Source: Octopus sinensis (lineage: Eukaryota). From it: 61,799 bases of DNA. The stretch lies in contig NW_021833106.1 in the NCBI RefSeq assembly GCF_006345805.1, forward strand, positions 1 through 61,799, in the 5' to 3' direction. The translations under genes were made by a program, and so were the position numbers. Shown here one piece after another: positions 1 through 13,839 of the stretch (the stretch's first letter is position 1; every line of letters begins with the position of its first letter). The notes beneath the pieces were generated by a model. That model did no database searches. It saw only the letters and a program-made list of their open reading frames with translations, and was not told the DNA's origin.

Positions 1-28
1 TAATCCTTCTGCTTTGTCAATATAAATA

Positions 29-190
29 GGCGCAGACGTGGCTGTGTGGTAAGAAGCTTGCTTCCCAACCACATGGTTCCGGTTCAGTTCCACTGCGTGT
101 CACCTTGCGCAAGTGTCTTTTCTATAGCCTCGGACTGACCAAAGCCTTGTAAGTGGATTTGGTAGACGGAAACTAAAAGAAACCCGTTGT
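29..190 (+). mobile_element. tRNA-derived SINE, family A, 5' part
   Basis: Matches the head of the full copies at 8438 and 29001 (GGCGCAG..TGGCTGTGTGGTAAG..CCAACCACATGGTTCC..GGCAAGTGTCTT) and stops in (TA)n. Confidence 0.85.
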
Positions 191-207
191 ATATATATAT
201 ATATATA

Positions 208-341
208 CGAGGCTATAGTAAAAGACACTTGCGCAAGGTGACACGCAGTGGAACGGAACCAGGAACCATGTGGTTGGGAAGCAAGCTTCTTACCACACAG
301 CCACGTCTGCGCCTATGTATATTGACAAAGCAGAAGGATTA
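208..341 (-). repeat. Inverted duplicate of positions 1-132 (SINE head plus non-SINE flank)
   Basis: 208-341 is the near-exact reverse complement of 1-132, including the flank TAATCCTTCTGCTTTGTCAA. Confidence 0.9.
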
Positions 342-660
342 AATCCAATAAAAGCACCAAAGATATTGACACACCCCTTGCCCACCTAACAATAGAGAAA
401 TACCTACAGGCTTGTTTATAAAGTTTTACATGCATGAATAAATTCTAAAAGATTACGTAACCCCAAATTTAACCAATAAAAATTATTGCAAAACGCCTTT
501 CCAAAAGAACTCAATTAGCACCCCACTCAAACCCAAACACCTAAAAATGCTTTTAACTCAAAAGAGATTATATAAAAGCAAGTTTAACTTTAATGCATCG
601 CAGTCCGATGACGGATCAGGAAGTCGAAACTTCGAAATCACAGTCAACAATATTCTTGTA
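342..660 (+). mobile_element. Possible decayed 3' end of a Penelope-like element (GIY-YIG tail plus pseudo-LTR)
   Basis: Broken frames give RIKSNKSTKDIDTPLAHL and LLQNAFPKELN*, resembling PLE C-termini, followed by CCGATGA...GAAAC at 604-630. Weak and degenerate. Confidence 0.3.
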
Positions 661-692
661 TAAGTGTAATAAATTTGTACTCTACAAAAATA

Positions 693-1723
693 TCAGATTG
701 AATAGAATGTTAGTAACGTTTTGAACCATGAAGAGCTTGTACTGGATTTTTGCAGAGTTTTGAATTTTTTTAAACATTTTTTTTTTTTGCAATTGTCTGG
801 TAATACAGACATAGACTTGCCAAAATGCATCATTAAATTAACATTTTATATGTTTTTCACCGTTGTTACAATCATCTGAAATGGAACTGTCGAAGCATGA
901 TATTTGAGCATTTTTGCTATTCAACTTAAAAAAAGACGTAATGCAGCTGAAATTGCTCGTGCTATCAATGAAACGTTTGATGTGGAAATGACCAGTGAGT
1001 GGTCAGCCCGAAAATGGTTTAAACGACTTTGCAGTAGTGACCTCAGCCTTGAAGATCAAGAGCGTAGTGGACGCCCATCTGTCATTGATGACGGTCAATT
1101 AAAGACTGTCATTGAGAAAGATCCTCGTAAAACCACTCGAGAACTGGCAAAAGAACTTCAAATTAGCCAGAAAACTAACTGCAACCATTTGCATGCATCG
1201 GAAAATTTAAAAAAAAGTTCGACAAATGGGTACCACACGATTTGAATACAATTCAGAAATGTGCGGATATGAAATTTGCTCGTTGCTTCTTCTCTGTAAC
1301 CAGACCGATCCATTTCTCGACCGTATGGTAACTTGCGATGAAAAGTGGATTCTGTACGATAATAAAAAGCGTTCTTCGCAGTGGTTGTGTACCAAAATGA
1401 AGCACCGAAAACCTTCCCTAAACCGAAGCTCTTCAAAAAGAAGGTAATGGTGACTGTTGGGTGGTGTACTGCTGGTCTCATCCACTATAACTTCTGAAGC
1501 CCCCACAAAAAACCATTACTGCAGAAACATATTGCCATGAAATTGCAATGAAATTGCCAAAATGAACGAAAAACTGCTACTCCTCCGTCACAGACTGGTT
1601 AACCGAAGAGGGTCAATCATACTTCATGGCAATGCTCAACCACACGCTTCGCTAATGACGCTCCAGAAGTTGAGGGAATGTGGCTACGAAGTTTCTCCCC
1701 ACCCAGCTTATTCCCCAGACCTT
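693..1723 (+). mobile_element. Decayed mariner (DD34D-type) transposon, 3'-truncated, with frameshifted transposase from about 881
   Basis: Fragments NAAEIARAINE..WFKR..LEDQERSGRP, WVPHDL, FLDRMVTCDEKWILYDN and ILHGNAQPH..HPAYSPDL are mariner motifs. TA followed by the TIR-like TCAGATTGAATAGAATGTTAGTAACG at 691-718. Has stops and frameshifts and ends at YSPDL. Confidence 0.92.
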
Positions 1724-1884
1724 TTATTATTATTTTATATCATATATACATATCGTACAAATCCACAATACAGTAACGATGCCCCATTCATTGTCAGAGA
1801 AGACCGATAAGTAATAAAGGTCAACATTAAGTCACTTTAATAAATGATTTAGAAAACAGTGATACTATACACACACACACACGC

Positions 1885-1933
<49 letters not shown>

Positions 1934-2539
1934 ACACACACCGATTAAATTTCGACAATCACGTAACACCTCCATCACCTCATCCTCGCCATCACTACAA
2001 ATCATTCGTCTCCCGCATCACCATCACCACCAGCATGAAGCCGACATTGTCACAGGTTCCAGTATGAAGTAATACATACGTGTGTACAATCAGATTAAGT
2101 CACCGTCGAGACCTCTAACATCCCCTAACAACATGATTAACGACAACACGGGGCCCGAGCCAACGAAGCTGTTCCATATGTGGTTTCTCCAACCACAAGA
2201 AATAACAGTCAAATATCTTTCGAAGTGCGAGCTGCTATCTTTGAACGGGAAAGGAAACCTTAAATAATGTATCCTTTGATAAGCTATTCCTTAAACAGTA
2301 CCGCAGCGAAAGAGTAGAAGCCAGGGAGTGGTCCGCCTCAGGCAAAGATTTTATAGGGGAGGGGCGACACTTTTGGGGATGCGGTATAAGCCTATAATGA
2401 CCGTACGGGAGCGAACTGAAGGGCTGACCTGGGTGGCACACACTTTAATTGCGCCTCTCTCCTGCAAAATCCCGCTAGAATATATTTGATCGATAACGTC
2501 ACCATGATGAACATCATGCCACGGCGGGCATTCACCACT

Positions 2540-3300
2540 ATCCATACCACCAGCACACCACCAACAACAACAACAAAATCATCACTACCCATACCACCAG
2601 CACCACCACCACCAACAACAACAACAAAATCATCACTACCTATACCACCAGCACCAGCACCACCAACAACAACAACAAAATCATCACTACCCATACCACC
2701 AGCACCACCACCACCAACAACAACAACAAAATCACCACTACCCATACCACCACCACCAACAACAACAACAAAATCACCATTACCCATACCACCAGCACCA
2801 CCACCAACAGCAACAAAAAAAATCACCACTACCCATACCACCAGCACACCAAGAACAACAACAACAAAATCACCACTACCCATACAACCACCACCACCAA
2901 CAACAACAACATCAACAAAATTACCACTAACCATACCACCAGTACCACCAACAACGCCACCGTTATCACCACCAACGATACCACCAACAACAGCATCAAC
3001 ACTAACCTCACTGCTACCACCAATACCTACAACAACACTACGATTGGCAGCTTCACCACCACCGACAACACCATCACCGCAACTAAAATTAAGACAACCA
3101 CAACCACCTCCACCACCACCACCACCACCAACCTCAGTAACAAAAGCAACAACAGCAACTCTACCAATGGTAACACCATTAACTTCACCAACACCACACC
3201 ACCACCACCATCATCCATACCAGAAACATCACCAACAAAACACCACCACTGCTAAATCTAACACTGCCATCACCACCGGCGACAAAAAAATAACATCACC
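2540..3300. repeat. Cryptically simple (ACC/AAC) minisatellite with ~55-60 bp units
   Basis: Unit CCACCAACAACAACAACAAAATCATCACTACCCATACCACCAGCACCA recurs about 6 times, then degenerates. Confidence 0.85.
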
Positions 3301-3499
3301 ATTACACTCTACTTAATTAATTTAAAAAAAAAAGAAATTTTTAAAGCTTATTTTTTGTCTTTTCCACCATTTTGGTTTGAGACTGTAAATCATATTTTAT
3401 AAAAATGTAACACTTAAGAAAACAACTTAAAAACTAAAAACTTAAATACTTAAAAAAAAAACTTGAAAACACTGGAAACCAATTGAAATAATTGAAATT

Positions 3500-4105
<606 letters not shown>

Positions 4106-4551
4106 AAACAGAAAGTAGCCGATTTGGGGATAAATGACATAAGCAAAACCATGAAGTGCTATATAGAAATAAAAGCCAATTTCACTCTAATTTACACTAT
4201 CTGCCTTAAAAAAATACATTTGCATGTACATCAGATGATACAATTCTCCCTCAATTTTTGTCCTTCACCCAACTCCCCCCAACCCACACACAAATTTACT
4301 GCTCACCAAAAATTGATCACAACTCTGCCTGACTCTGTGTTTTTATTTGATCAAGTGTATTTGTGCAGTCTGTTTCCTTGCTGAGGATTAGTTATCCTGA
4401 ACATGTAATTTCTATCACTGCCTCTCCTAACGTGAAACAGTTTTTTTTACCTTTTAGAATTCATTTGTTTTTAATTAATTTTCATTTATTGGCAATATCT
4501 GCTCCTTTTCATTGAGGGTCACCGTAGTACGCTGTTATTTATTTATTTGTC

Positions 4552-4589
<38 letters not shown>

Positions 4590-5142
4590 GAGTGAGAGAG
4601 CAGTTCATGCCATCAAAGTGACACTGGGATAAAATATACGAAGCCCAATATACCCATCATGACTACCCGTCTGATAAGGATACACCAGGCACTTGCATCA
4701 CAACCATATGTGCGCGACATGGTGATCTCATATCAAGATAAACAGCACATGACCTAGCAGGTGGGGCCCAGTTAGAATTTTCTTCAGGTTGAGTAGCCCA
4801 TCCCGCTCAAAAGGTCCCTGAATAAGGGTTGTTTAAGGATGTTAAAGAATCACCCATGTTTCCAGAGGTGAATTATTCAAACCCCAAAGAATCCCTCTCA
4901 ACACATGGCTATGATGCTCCCCCACTACTTCTGCTCGTGATCAGAGATGCACATATCGTCAGCCACTAAGGGACATGCTCAACTGGTTAAGGTCAAACAA
5001 CTGACAAGCAAATCTGTGGTATTGAGCAGAATATTTGCTGTAGCCCATCTTTTATACTAAGACAAAACAATGTACATGATAACACTTCCAATCAGTTAAG
5101 ATAAGAAGCCATGAGAGCCACTGCCTGGTACTGCATCAGGGC
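4590..5142 (-). mobile_element. ~550 bp retroposon copy 1 with (AAT)n tail, probably a LINE 3' end or derived SINE
   Basis: Second copy at 5241-5737. On the minus strand it ends ...CTCTCTCACTC followed by (AAT)n, and it is flanked by triplet microsatellites. Confidence 0.7.
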
Positions 5143-5143
5143 G

Positions 5144-5197
<54 letters not shown>

Positions 5198-5199
5198 GC

Positions 5200-5239
<40 letters not shown>

Positions 5240-5240
5240 A

Positions 5241-5737
5241 AGAGAGCAGAACAAGCCATCAAAGTGACACTGGAGTAAAATATACGAAGCCCAATATACC
5301 CATCATAACTACCTGTCTGATAAGAGTACACCAGGCACATGCATCACAACCATGTGTGCGCGACATGGTGATTTCATATCTAGATAAACAGCGCATGACC
5401 TTGCAGGTGGGCCTCAGAATTTTTTTCAGGTCGAGTAGCTCATCCTGCTCAAATGGTCCTTGAATAAGCGTTGTTTAAGAATGTTGAAAAAGCACCTATG
5501 ATTCCCCTCAACACATGGCTATGATGCTCCCCAACTAGTTCTGCTCGTGATCAGAGATGCACATATCATCAGCCACTAAGGGACATGCTCAACTGGTTAA
5601 GGGACATGCTCAACTGACAAGCAAATCTGTGGTATTGAGCAGAATATTTGCTGTAGCCCGTCTTTTATACCAAGACAAAGCAATATACATGATAACACTT
5701 CCAATCAGTTACGATCAGAAGCTATGAGAGCCAGTGC
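5241..5737 (-). mobile_element. ~500 bp retroposon copy 2, with internal deletions and a 21-bp tandem duplication
   Basis: Colinear with 4590-5142; GGGACATGCTCAACTG occurs twice at 5581-5616. Confidence 0.7.
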
Positions 5738-5847
5738 TTCTTCTTCTTCTTCTTCTTCTTCTTCTTCTTCTTCTTCTTCTGTTCTTCTTCTTCTTCTCTT
5801 CTTCTTCTTCTTCTTCTTCTTCTTCTTCTTCTTCTTTCTTATTCTTC

Positions 5848-5921
<74 letters not shown>

Positions 5922-5952
5922 TTTATTATCATCATCATCATCATCATCATCA

Positions 5953-6292
5953 TTCAGTAGTTTTATTTTTATAACGTGCTTTCACTTCACTACCGAGCGC
6001 AGCTTTGTGTACCTTGGGTATGTGCTGTGGTTTGTTATGATGCTCTGATGGTTACTGTATTGAAAGTGTTTTGCGTAGGATGTGTGCAGTGCCCAGTAGT
6101 GCAATTTTCTGTATGTTATATATATTTGTAAGTCCAGGTGTTTTTATTATGTATTTGTCTGAATATTTTTTTTATCATGCCTAATGCACCTACTATGATA
6201 GGAATTGTTCCTGTTTTTAGATTCTACATTCTGGTCACCTCTATTTCCAGGTGTTTGTATTTTGAAAGTTTCTCCATTTCTTTTAGAGACAC
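5953..6292 (-). mobile_element. 5'-truncated RLE-type non-LTR retrotransposon 3' end (R4/Dong-like)
   Basis: Minus frames read KEMEKLSKYKHLEIEVTRM*NLKTGTIPIIVGALGMI and NIQKIALLGTAHILRKTLSIQ*, then a 3' UTR and (TGA)n/(TAA)n tail. Confidence 0.85.
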
Positions 6293-6500
6293 ATTATTAA
6301 TATTATTATTATTGTTGTTGTTGTTGTTGTTGTTATGATTATTATTATTATTATTATTATTATTATTTTTATTACTATCATTGCTGTTGTTCTTGTTGTG
6401 TTGTTGCTGCTGCTGTTGTTGTTTTTGTTGTTGTTGTTGCTGCTGCTACTACTACTGTTGTTGCTGCTGCTACTACTACTGTTGTTGTTGTTGTTGTTGT

Positions 6501-7070
6501 TCAGCATTTGGTACTTTGATGCAAATTTCTACTGCATCACCAGCTACACCTTCGTGTTGCTGGGGGTGTGAGCAGCATTGTGTTCTTTTCTGCTGTTGGA
6601 AGTGTGGAAATTATTCCTGGTTTTCTATGGCGTTAGTTTTTTTTTCTCTTGATGTGTGGTGCAGTCTTTTGTATTACTGCTTGTATTGTGCGTTCAGTGA
6701 GTAATGCTTTGGTTATTGGGATTGCTGGTAGAAGTTTATTTCATTGGATAATTGAGGCATAGAGTGCGTCTTGTGATTGTGGGCTGTATTGTTTAGGTTG
6801 TATTATTGAGTTGATAGTGTCTTACGTAGGATGGGGGCTGTTCCTAGCAGGGCTATTTTTTGGATAGTGTGTAGTGTTGAGGATCCAGGTATAGCTTCTA
6901 CGTTTTTATTCATACATTTTGTTTTATCATACCCAATGCTCCATTTATTAATGGTATTTTTTTCATCTTCAACCCCACATCTTGAATATTTCAATTTTGA
7001 GGTCTTTCTACTTTGAAAATTTCTCCACTTCTTTTTGTCCAATATTTTGATTAGAAGGGGCTGCAATGAC
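6501..7070 (-). mobile_element. Second 5'-truncated R4/Dong-like RLE retrotransposon 3' end, with a different 3' UTR
   Basis: Minus frames read IAAPSNQNIGQKEVEKFSK*KDLKIEIFKMWG, IPLINGALGMI and LHTIQKIALLGTAPILRKTLSTQ*, with an (AAC)n tail. Confidence 0.85.
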
Positions 7071-7223
7071 TGCCCGTAAGAAGTATTATTATTATTTTCA
7101 TATACACACAATAGATTAGCTAGTTGAAAAAGAAAAAAATCGTAACATCGGGCAACATCAAGTAACCTTAGATGCCAAGAACCCTCCTAAGTATCTTAGC
7201 TGTCCCTAATAAGACTGTTTTTT

Positions 7224-7520
7224 CTTCTTCTTCTTCTCTTTATCCTTCTTTAACAAAAAAGTTTCGAGTTCTAGACAAGAAGGCTTATGATAAAAGACCA
7301 GTCGTGGCAATCATGTCACTTTAACTTTCCAGAATAGTCTACAACAGACTACACTACCCAATGTGTCCTTCGGTTTTGAAGATGATAGAATGAAATTTAC
7401 CTGTTATTTCGAGCGACCAGTCAACGAGGCAAACTTCATATCGGCATATATGAATAACGATAAAAGAGGGAGCTGCAGACGTGATTCGAACTCAGGCACC
7501 CGAGATTCCACACTAACGTA
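7224..7520 (-). mobile_element. tRNA-derived SINE, family E, with (GAA)n tail
   Basis: Reverse complement of 19147-19440; B-box-like GAGTTCGAATC. Confidence 0.8.
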
Positions 7521-7585
7521 TTCTTCTTCTTCTTCTTCTTCTTCTTCTCTTCTTCTTCTTCTTCTTCCTTCTCTCTTCTTATTTC

Positions 7586-7620
<35 letters not shown>

Positions 7621-7997
7621 TTTAAATTATATTATAGTTATTATTATTATTAATTATTATTATTATTATGATTATTATTATTATAGTAATTACTTCTGGA
7701 TAGAAATTATTCATAACTCCTAGCCTTATGTTTATAAATGAAACGGATTTGTACTGCCTCCGCTCCGCTGATGATACTCATTTCTATCGAAATATGTCAG
7801 TCTTTCTGGTCATCGAATTAGCAACGATCAGATTTTTCCCTTTAAACACGTGAATTACCTTTATTAAAATAATTCTGAATCAAATTATCTGCCCTTTTGT
7901 TTATGAGTATCCCACTACAGTTGAGGGCTTTGGGTGCAATTTAGAGAAAATTAAGTGACGCAACTAAGAGGAAAATTTCGCTTCATTAAAGATTTTC

Positions 7998-8034
<37 letters not shown>

Positions 8035-8437
8035 GTGTGTGTGTGTGTGTGTGTATGTGTGTGTGTATGTGTGTCTGTGTGTCTGTGTGTGCGTGTGTGC
8101 GTACATCATTCAGTGTTTCCATGGCATGAGTTGATCTGAGTTATTTCACTTTGATTTGAGCTTCTATTTATAAAAATAATTGGATAATATAGTAATTCTG
8201 ACACGATGCATGACGAGATGTCCATGGACGGAGCGTTTTTGATCATAGACCAAAGTGCTAAGTAACATCATCATCAATAACAGCAGAAGCACTATCACCA
8301 TCATCACCACTACCATCAACAACGACAAACCAACTGATAAATGAACCAACGAAAGAGATTTTCCTGCATCATCTGAACACCTGCTAGAAATAGCAGCCAG
8401 ATGTTCATCAAAACACATTAATATCTTTATAGGCATA

Positions 8438-8840
8438 GGCGCAGGAGTGGCTGTGTGGCAAGTAGCTAGCTTACCAACCACATAGTTCCGGGTTCAGTCC
8501 CATTGCGTGGTACCTTGGGCAAGTGTCTTCTACTATAGCCTCGGATCGACCAAAGCCTTGTGAGTGGATTTGGTAGACGGAAACTGAAAGAAGCCCGTCG
8601 TATATGTGTATATGTATGCGAGTGTGTATATGCTTGTGTGTCTGTGTTTATCCCCCCACCATCGCTTGACAATAGATGCTGGTATGTTTACGTCCCAGTA
8701 ACTTAGCGGTTCGGCAAAAAGAGACCGATAGAATAAGTACTAGGCTTACAAAGAATAAGTCCCGAGGTTGATTTGCTCGACTAAAGGCGGTGATCCAGCA
8801 TGGCCGCAGTCAAATGACTGAAACAAGTAAAAAAAGTAAG
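8438..8840 (+). mobile_element. tRNA-derived SINE, family A, full length
   Basis: tRNA-like head, CORE-like GGGCAAGTGTCTTCT segment, internal (TA)/(TG) tract and A-rich tail; many copies in the window. Confidence 0.9.
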
Positions 8841-9108
8841 AAGGAAAGGATTCATTGAATAATGGAGTTCTAGAAGATTCCCTCCCTTTTTTCTTCTTCT
8901 CCTTTCAAAAATAGACGCGAAGGTCACGGCCGAAATATCTTTGATCATTGGTCTGTATGTTCAACGAGAGCTGTCTGAATGAGGAGTGGGGGGAGGGTGA
9001 CCCAACAACAACAACTACTATTATAATGGAAGAAACATTATTAAAATCAAAGCACACACACACACACACACACATACGCACACACAAACTTACAATATTT
9101 CAAATGTC

Positions 9109-9529
9109 GGATCATTTCGGTTTGAACAGCAGTTTTTTTCTGGCGATGTCATATGAAATTGTCACCCATAATTATGACCCTAGTATCGATCTATTGAATT
9201 TCAATCTGTTTTAGGGTTAGGATTAGGGTTAGGTGTGGAGGGAAGTGTATCTTTTTTTCTTCATAAATGTAAATAAACGCAATCTGTTTCTTAAACGAGG
9301 GACATAATCATACGGCACAGAATGTTTTTTGCCTCAATGGACGTCATTGATTGGTTGAAATTGCAGAAATTGAAGAAAACAAGCAACAAATATCTTACAA
9401 AATAATCTTACAAATAAAGCCAAGAGAAAAAGATGTTTTATAAACACATTCTACCAGTATACGAAGTTTAAAATTTTTTTAGTTACCTAGAAATTATGTT
9501 AAAAACTGCCGTTCAAACCGAAAAGATCC
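9109..9529. mobile_element. MITE with GGATC.. TIRs and 8-bp TSD (Merlin-like by termini)
   Basis: TIRs GGATCATTTCGGTTTGAACAGCAGTTTTT / AAAAACTGCCGTTCAAACCGAAAAGATCC; TSD CAAATGTC at 9101-9108 and 9530-9537; second copy at 61022-61421. Confidence 0.9.
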
Positions 9530-9686
9530 CAAATGTCAGACAAACAATATTTCATAAGAACAGCAACAACAACTACAACAACAAGAACATCAGCAGCAGA
9601 AACAATTACAGCAGCAACAACAAGAACATCAACAACAACAACAACATCAAAACGGCAACAGAAACAACAGCAGCAAGCAACAACAA

Positions 9687-9718
<32 letters not shown>

Positions 9719-10119
9719 GTAGCAGCAGCAGCAACAGCGTCAGTAACAACCAACGTTGCCAAGAGTAATTCGTTCGTGAAGAGAACGAAGTCACTCATTA
9801 GTGCCTCTTGGGAATTCTCAAAACTCTTTCACGTTTCTTTCCTTCTTTTTTCTCTCTCACTTTTCTTCTTTTCATTTTTGTTCATTTGTTCTTTCATTTT
9901 TCTCTCGTTCCTTTTTCATTTTCATTTCTCATTTTTTTTCTGTTTTTTTTCTTCTAGCTATTATTTATTCAACACATCACGATCTAAGTTCAAATCGCTC
10001 CAAGTGCCTATAAAAATTGTGTATACATGTATACATGAACAAATTACATACAGATTATGAAGGTTGAGCTAAAAAGCTTTTTTCGAATTTACACTGATGA
10101 TGTTTGGTAACATGTATCT

Positions 10120-10378
10120 CTATGTTGTGAAAGGTAGGAGAGTCCAGTTTGCTGGACATTGTTGTAGAGCTGAAAAAGAAGTAATTTCTACTCTTCTCCT
10201 CTGGAAGCCATCTACTCGCAATACCAGAGGGCGCACACTCTCCTACCCTGATGTAATTTCCAGGGATACAGGCATCCAGCAACCGGACCTCCGAAATGCC
10301 ATGATGGACCGTGAAGTCTGGCGTAGCATGGTAAATTCCATTGTCTCGACCACGGTCGAACAATGATGATGATGATCT
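10120..10378 (+). mobile_element. 5'-truncated RTE-type LINE 3' end
   Basis: RRVQFAGHCCR..LLWKP..RGRTLSYPDVISRDTG..MMDREVWRSMV matches RTE-clade C-termini; (TGA)n tail. Confidence 0.8.
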
Positions 10379-11134
10379 CTATGTTACATCCTTAATTACT
10401 TACAATTTGTAGTCCAATCGTTGCTAAATTGTTTATTCTTTATTTTACAGTTTGAAAATGAATGGTGGAAGAAAAAATGCAATTGGAAACGGTTTACGCT
10501 GCCTGAGGCAAAATGAACCGAGTGCAAGGGCAACGACAAAAGAAACTGATGATGTGAAAAGCCCAGGAACTGTCCAGGAACATGTAGCACCAAACTGACT
10601 CAGACATTTCAAGAAAAGTAACATATGTACATACATTCATACATACATACATACGATTTGCCAATTTGCGCAAAAGATAAAAATACCTGTCAACAAATTT
10701 ACACAAAAACTTAGAAATACACCGTTTCTCGGAGGAAAAGCAAAGGAAACTGGCGTGGATTCTCCAAATCCAATCTATTACTAGCGCCGGGAAGATTTGT
10801 ATGACATTCAAAAAAAATGTTCCATCTGAGATTCTTGCATGAATGGATGCACACACTTGAGTGTATGCATCGACAACGCACCAACTCAACCACATATTTA
10901 CTACCACCGGGAACTCTCTTCACTTAAAAAGTCTTGTCGCTTTGTTAGCGGCCGACTTGAACTCTCTCAAAGAAAATTATTACATACACATAGATAGATA
11001 TGAAAATTATAAAAATCTTTTTTTCATATATCTATTTGATAGATATTTGAAGAGGGATTTTCATCATCATAATTTGAACAAAATAAAACAAAAATTTAAA
11101 CAAACAACAAGTACACGGTATCTTATGCTTTATA

Positions 11135-11367
11135 AGGCAGCGAGCTGGCAGAAACGTTAGAACGCCGGGCGAAATGCTTACCGGTATTTCGTCTGCCGCT
11201 GCGTTCTGAGTTCAAATTCCGCCGAGGTCGACTTTGCCTTTCATCCTTTAGGGGGTCGATAAATTAAGTAGCAGTTACGCACTGGGGTCGATGTAATCGA
11301 TTTCATCCGTTTGTCTGTCCTTGCTTGTCCCCTCTGTGTTTAGCCCCTTCTGGGTAGTAAAGAAGTA
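11135..11367 (+). mobile_element. tRNA-derived SINE, family B, with 18-bp TSD
   Basis: TSD GGTATCTTATGCTTTATA at 11117-11134 and 11368-11385; B-box GAGTTCAAATTCC. Confidence 0.92.
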
Positions 11368-11919
11368 GGTATCTTATGCTTTATACCGGTTACGTTTACT
11401 GTTCTTATTTTACTGTTATGATGGCTAACCACGTCGAACTTAGGAGTGGACTGTCGGGAGCATTTCTGCCTTAATTGAAACATTTTGGTAACGTGTCACG
11501 CACGATATATACAACCAAATTCCGTGGCAATGGTCGGCCCCGGACTATACTAAACGACACTCACTCAAGGTAGTGCCGCACGGTAGGTCTGATCCCAAAA
11601 CTACACGTTTACAAAATGAACTTCATAACCGCATAGACATGTGTATACATATGTGTATATGTATGTGAACGTGTGAGTGTGTACGAATGTATATGCGTGT
11701 ATGTCAGCAAATATATATTACGCATGCATATAATATTACACCCTATGCCTATTTCATTTCATTATTAGCCCCCATTTAATATAAATTAGACATTTTTGGT
11801 GTAATTAGATTTCGTTTCTTTTAAGGGTTAGGGAATTGAATGCCGTGCTATAACAAACGAATATTTTATTCCATATAACCAAAGTGGCTATATATTTTCT
11901 TTCGATGTATATACGAGTA

Positions 11920-11921
11920 AC

Positions 11922-11968
<47 letters not shown>

Positions 11969-12282
11969 GTGTGTGTGTGTGTGTGGTGTGTGATGCTAGT
12001 AGATGTGTATATATTTAATATTATATTATATTATATATATATACCTGCAGAGGAAGAGGGGTAGATAAAGCGATACGTACATATACATGTATGTATATGT
12101 AAGAAAGTTTTGGTGAGAATAAATTATATATATTCAATTAAATAGAGTCGTGACTTAAAGACATATTTCATATCCACATATACAACCATACACATACACA
12201 CACACACATAAATATAAGTACACATACAGGTACATGTATATGTGTATTCATGCATGTGCGAGTATGTATATATATATATATA

Positions 12283-12321
<39 letters not shown>

Positions 12322-12722
12322 TGTATATTTATATATATATGTTTATATATGCGAACAACTATTGATGTATGTAAATGTGTCTATGTGAATATGTGTGCGT
12401 GTGTGTATGTGTGTGTGTGTGCGTGTGTGCGTGTTCGTGTGTATGTATGTATACATATATATCTAAATTTATAGATATAGATATGTATGCCACATGAATA
12501 CATGAATATATATAATATATATATATATACACAACACATGTATATGTAAACATACATATATATATACATGCACATATATACATATATAATATATGTATGT
12601 ATATATATGTATATATAATACATATTATTGTATATATATATATTATATATATATATATACATATATGTATTATATATTATTATATATATATATATTATAT
12701 ATATATATGATGTGTGTGTGTG

Positions 12723-12775
<53 letters not shown>

Positions 12776-13107
12776 ATCGTGTGAAACTGTGTGCTTTTCT
12801 GCTCTGCGTATAAACACACATAAACATTCTCAGGCAAATGCATACATATACCTACATAGATATATATTTATATACATATTCGTTACAAACTATTTGACGA
12901 GTGTATATATGCACAAATTAAACGTACGTTTTTCAAATGTGCAATCAATCATAAGTGGAAGATATTCATAAGTTAGTCAATAACAATAAATATTTATTAA
13001 AAATATGCTATGACTCAGTTTTGTTAACGTAAACTGACTTAATACATTATACGTGTTTGCGTATGTATACATATATATATATATACATAATATATATATA
13101 TACATAA

Positions 13108-13138
<31 letters not shown>

Positions 13139-13660
13139 ATATAGTGTGTGTGTGTGTGTGTATGCATCCATCATACCTACATACATACATACATACATAC
13201 ATACATACTACATACATACATGCATATATACATATGCGTAATAAATATATGTGTGTGTGTGCGTGTGTGTACATATAATATATTAATTTATGTCCTTGTA
13301 TATATGTATATGATGTCTGTGTGTATATGTATGTATGTATATATATATATATACTATATATAATATATGTATATATATATATGTGTGTGTGTGTGTATAT
13401 ATTTATTTATATATATAAATGAACATATATGATATACATTTATACATACACACACATATAATATACATATATATGTTTATATTGGGTGAGTGTGCATATA
13501 TATATAGATATATATATAATATATATATATATAATATATGTATGTATGTATGTATGTAATATGTATTTATGTATGTATAGGGAGAGAGTGGGAACGAAGC
13601 AAGAAAGATAGATAGATAGATTGATAGTTAGATATACGCTACGAACACACACACACAAAT
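11920..13660. repeat. Extended compound microsatellite region (TA, TG, TATG, GATA)
   Basis: Directly visible. Confidence 0.9.
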
Positions 13661-13839
13661 TAACACACGTCCACAATATGGTTATTGTCCGATCTAAAGG
13701 CAATTATACATATATTGCAAAACGCCATCGCAATATTTAATGAAGTTGTCGTACGTTCGACTTGAACCCGTACGATTGACCTCAGCATGTGGTCGCAGAT
13801 TTTTATCAGTTTTCAATTCTTTTCCCCTTGATTCCCATA

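Noticed and set aside
881-1723. Functional transposase or SETMAR-like host gene
   Set aside because: Several stops and frameshifts, truncated before the third catalytic Asp, and no SET domain nearby.
9211-9233. Interstitial telomere
   Set aside because: Short TTAGGG-like run that is an internal part of the MITE, repeated at 61122.
10451-10610. Possible exon after a strong polypyrimidine-AG
   Set aside because: All three frames hit stops before the GT at about 10610; no homology recognised.
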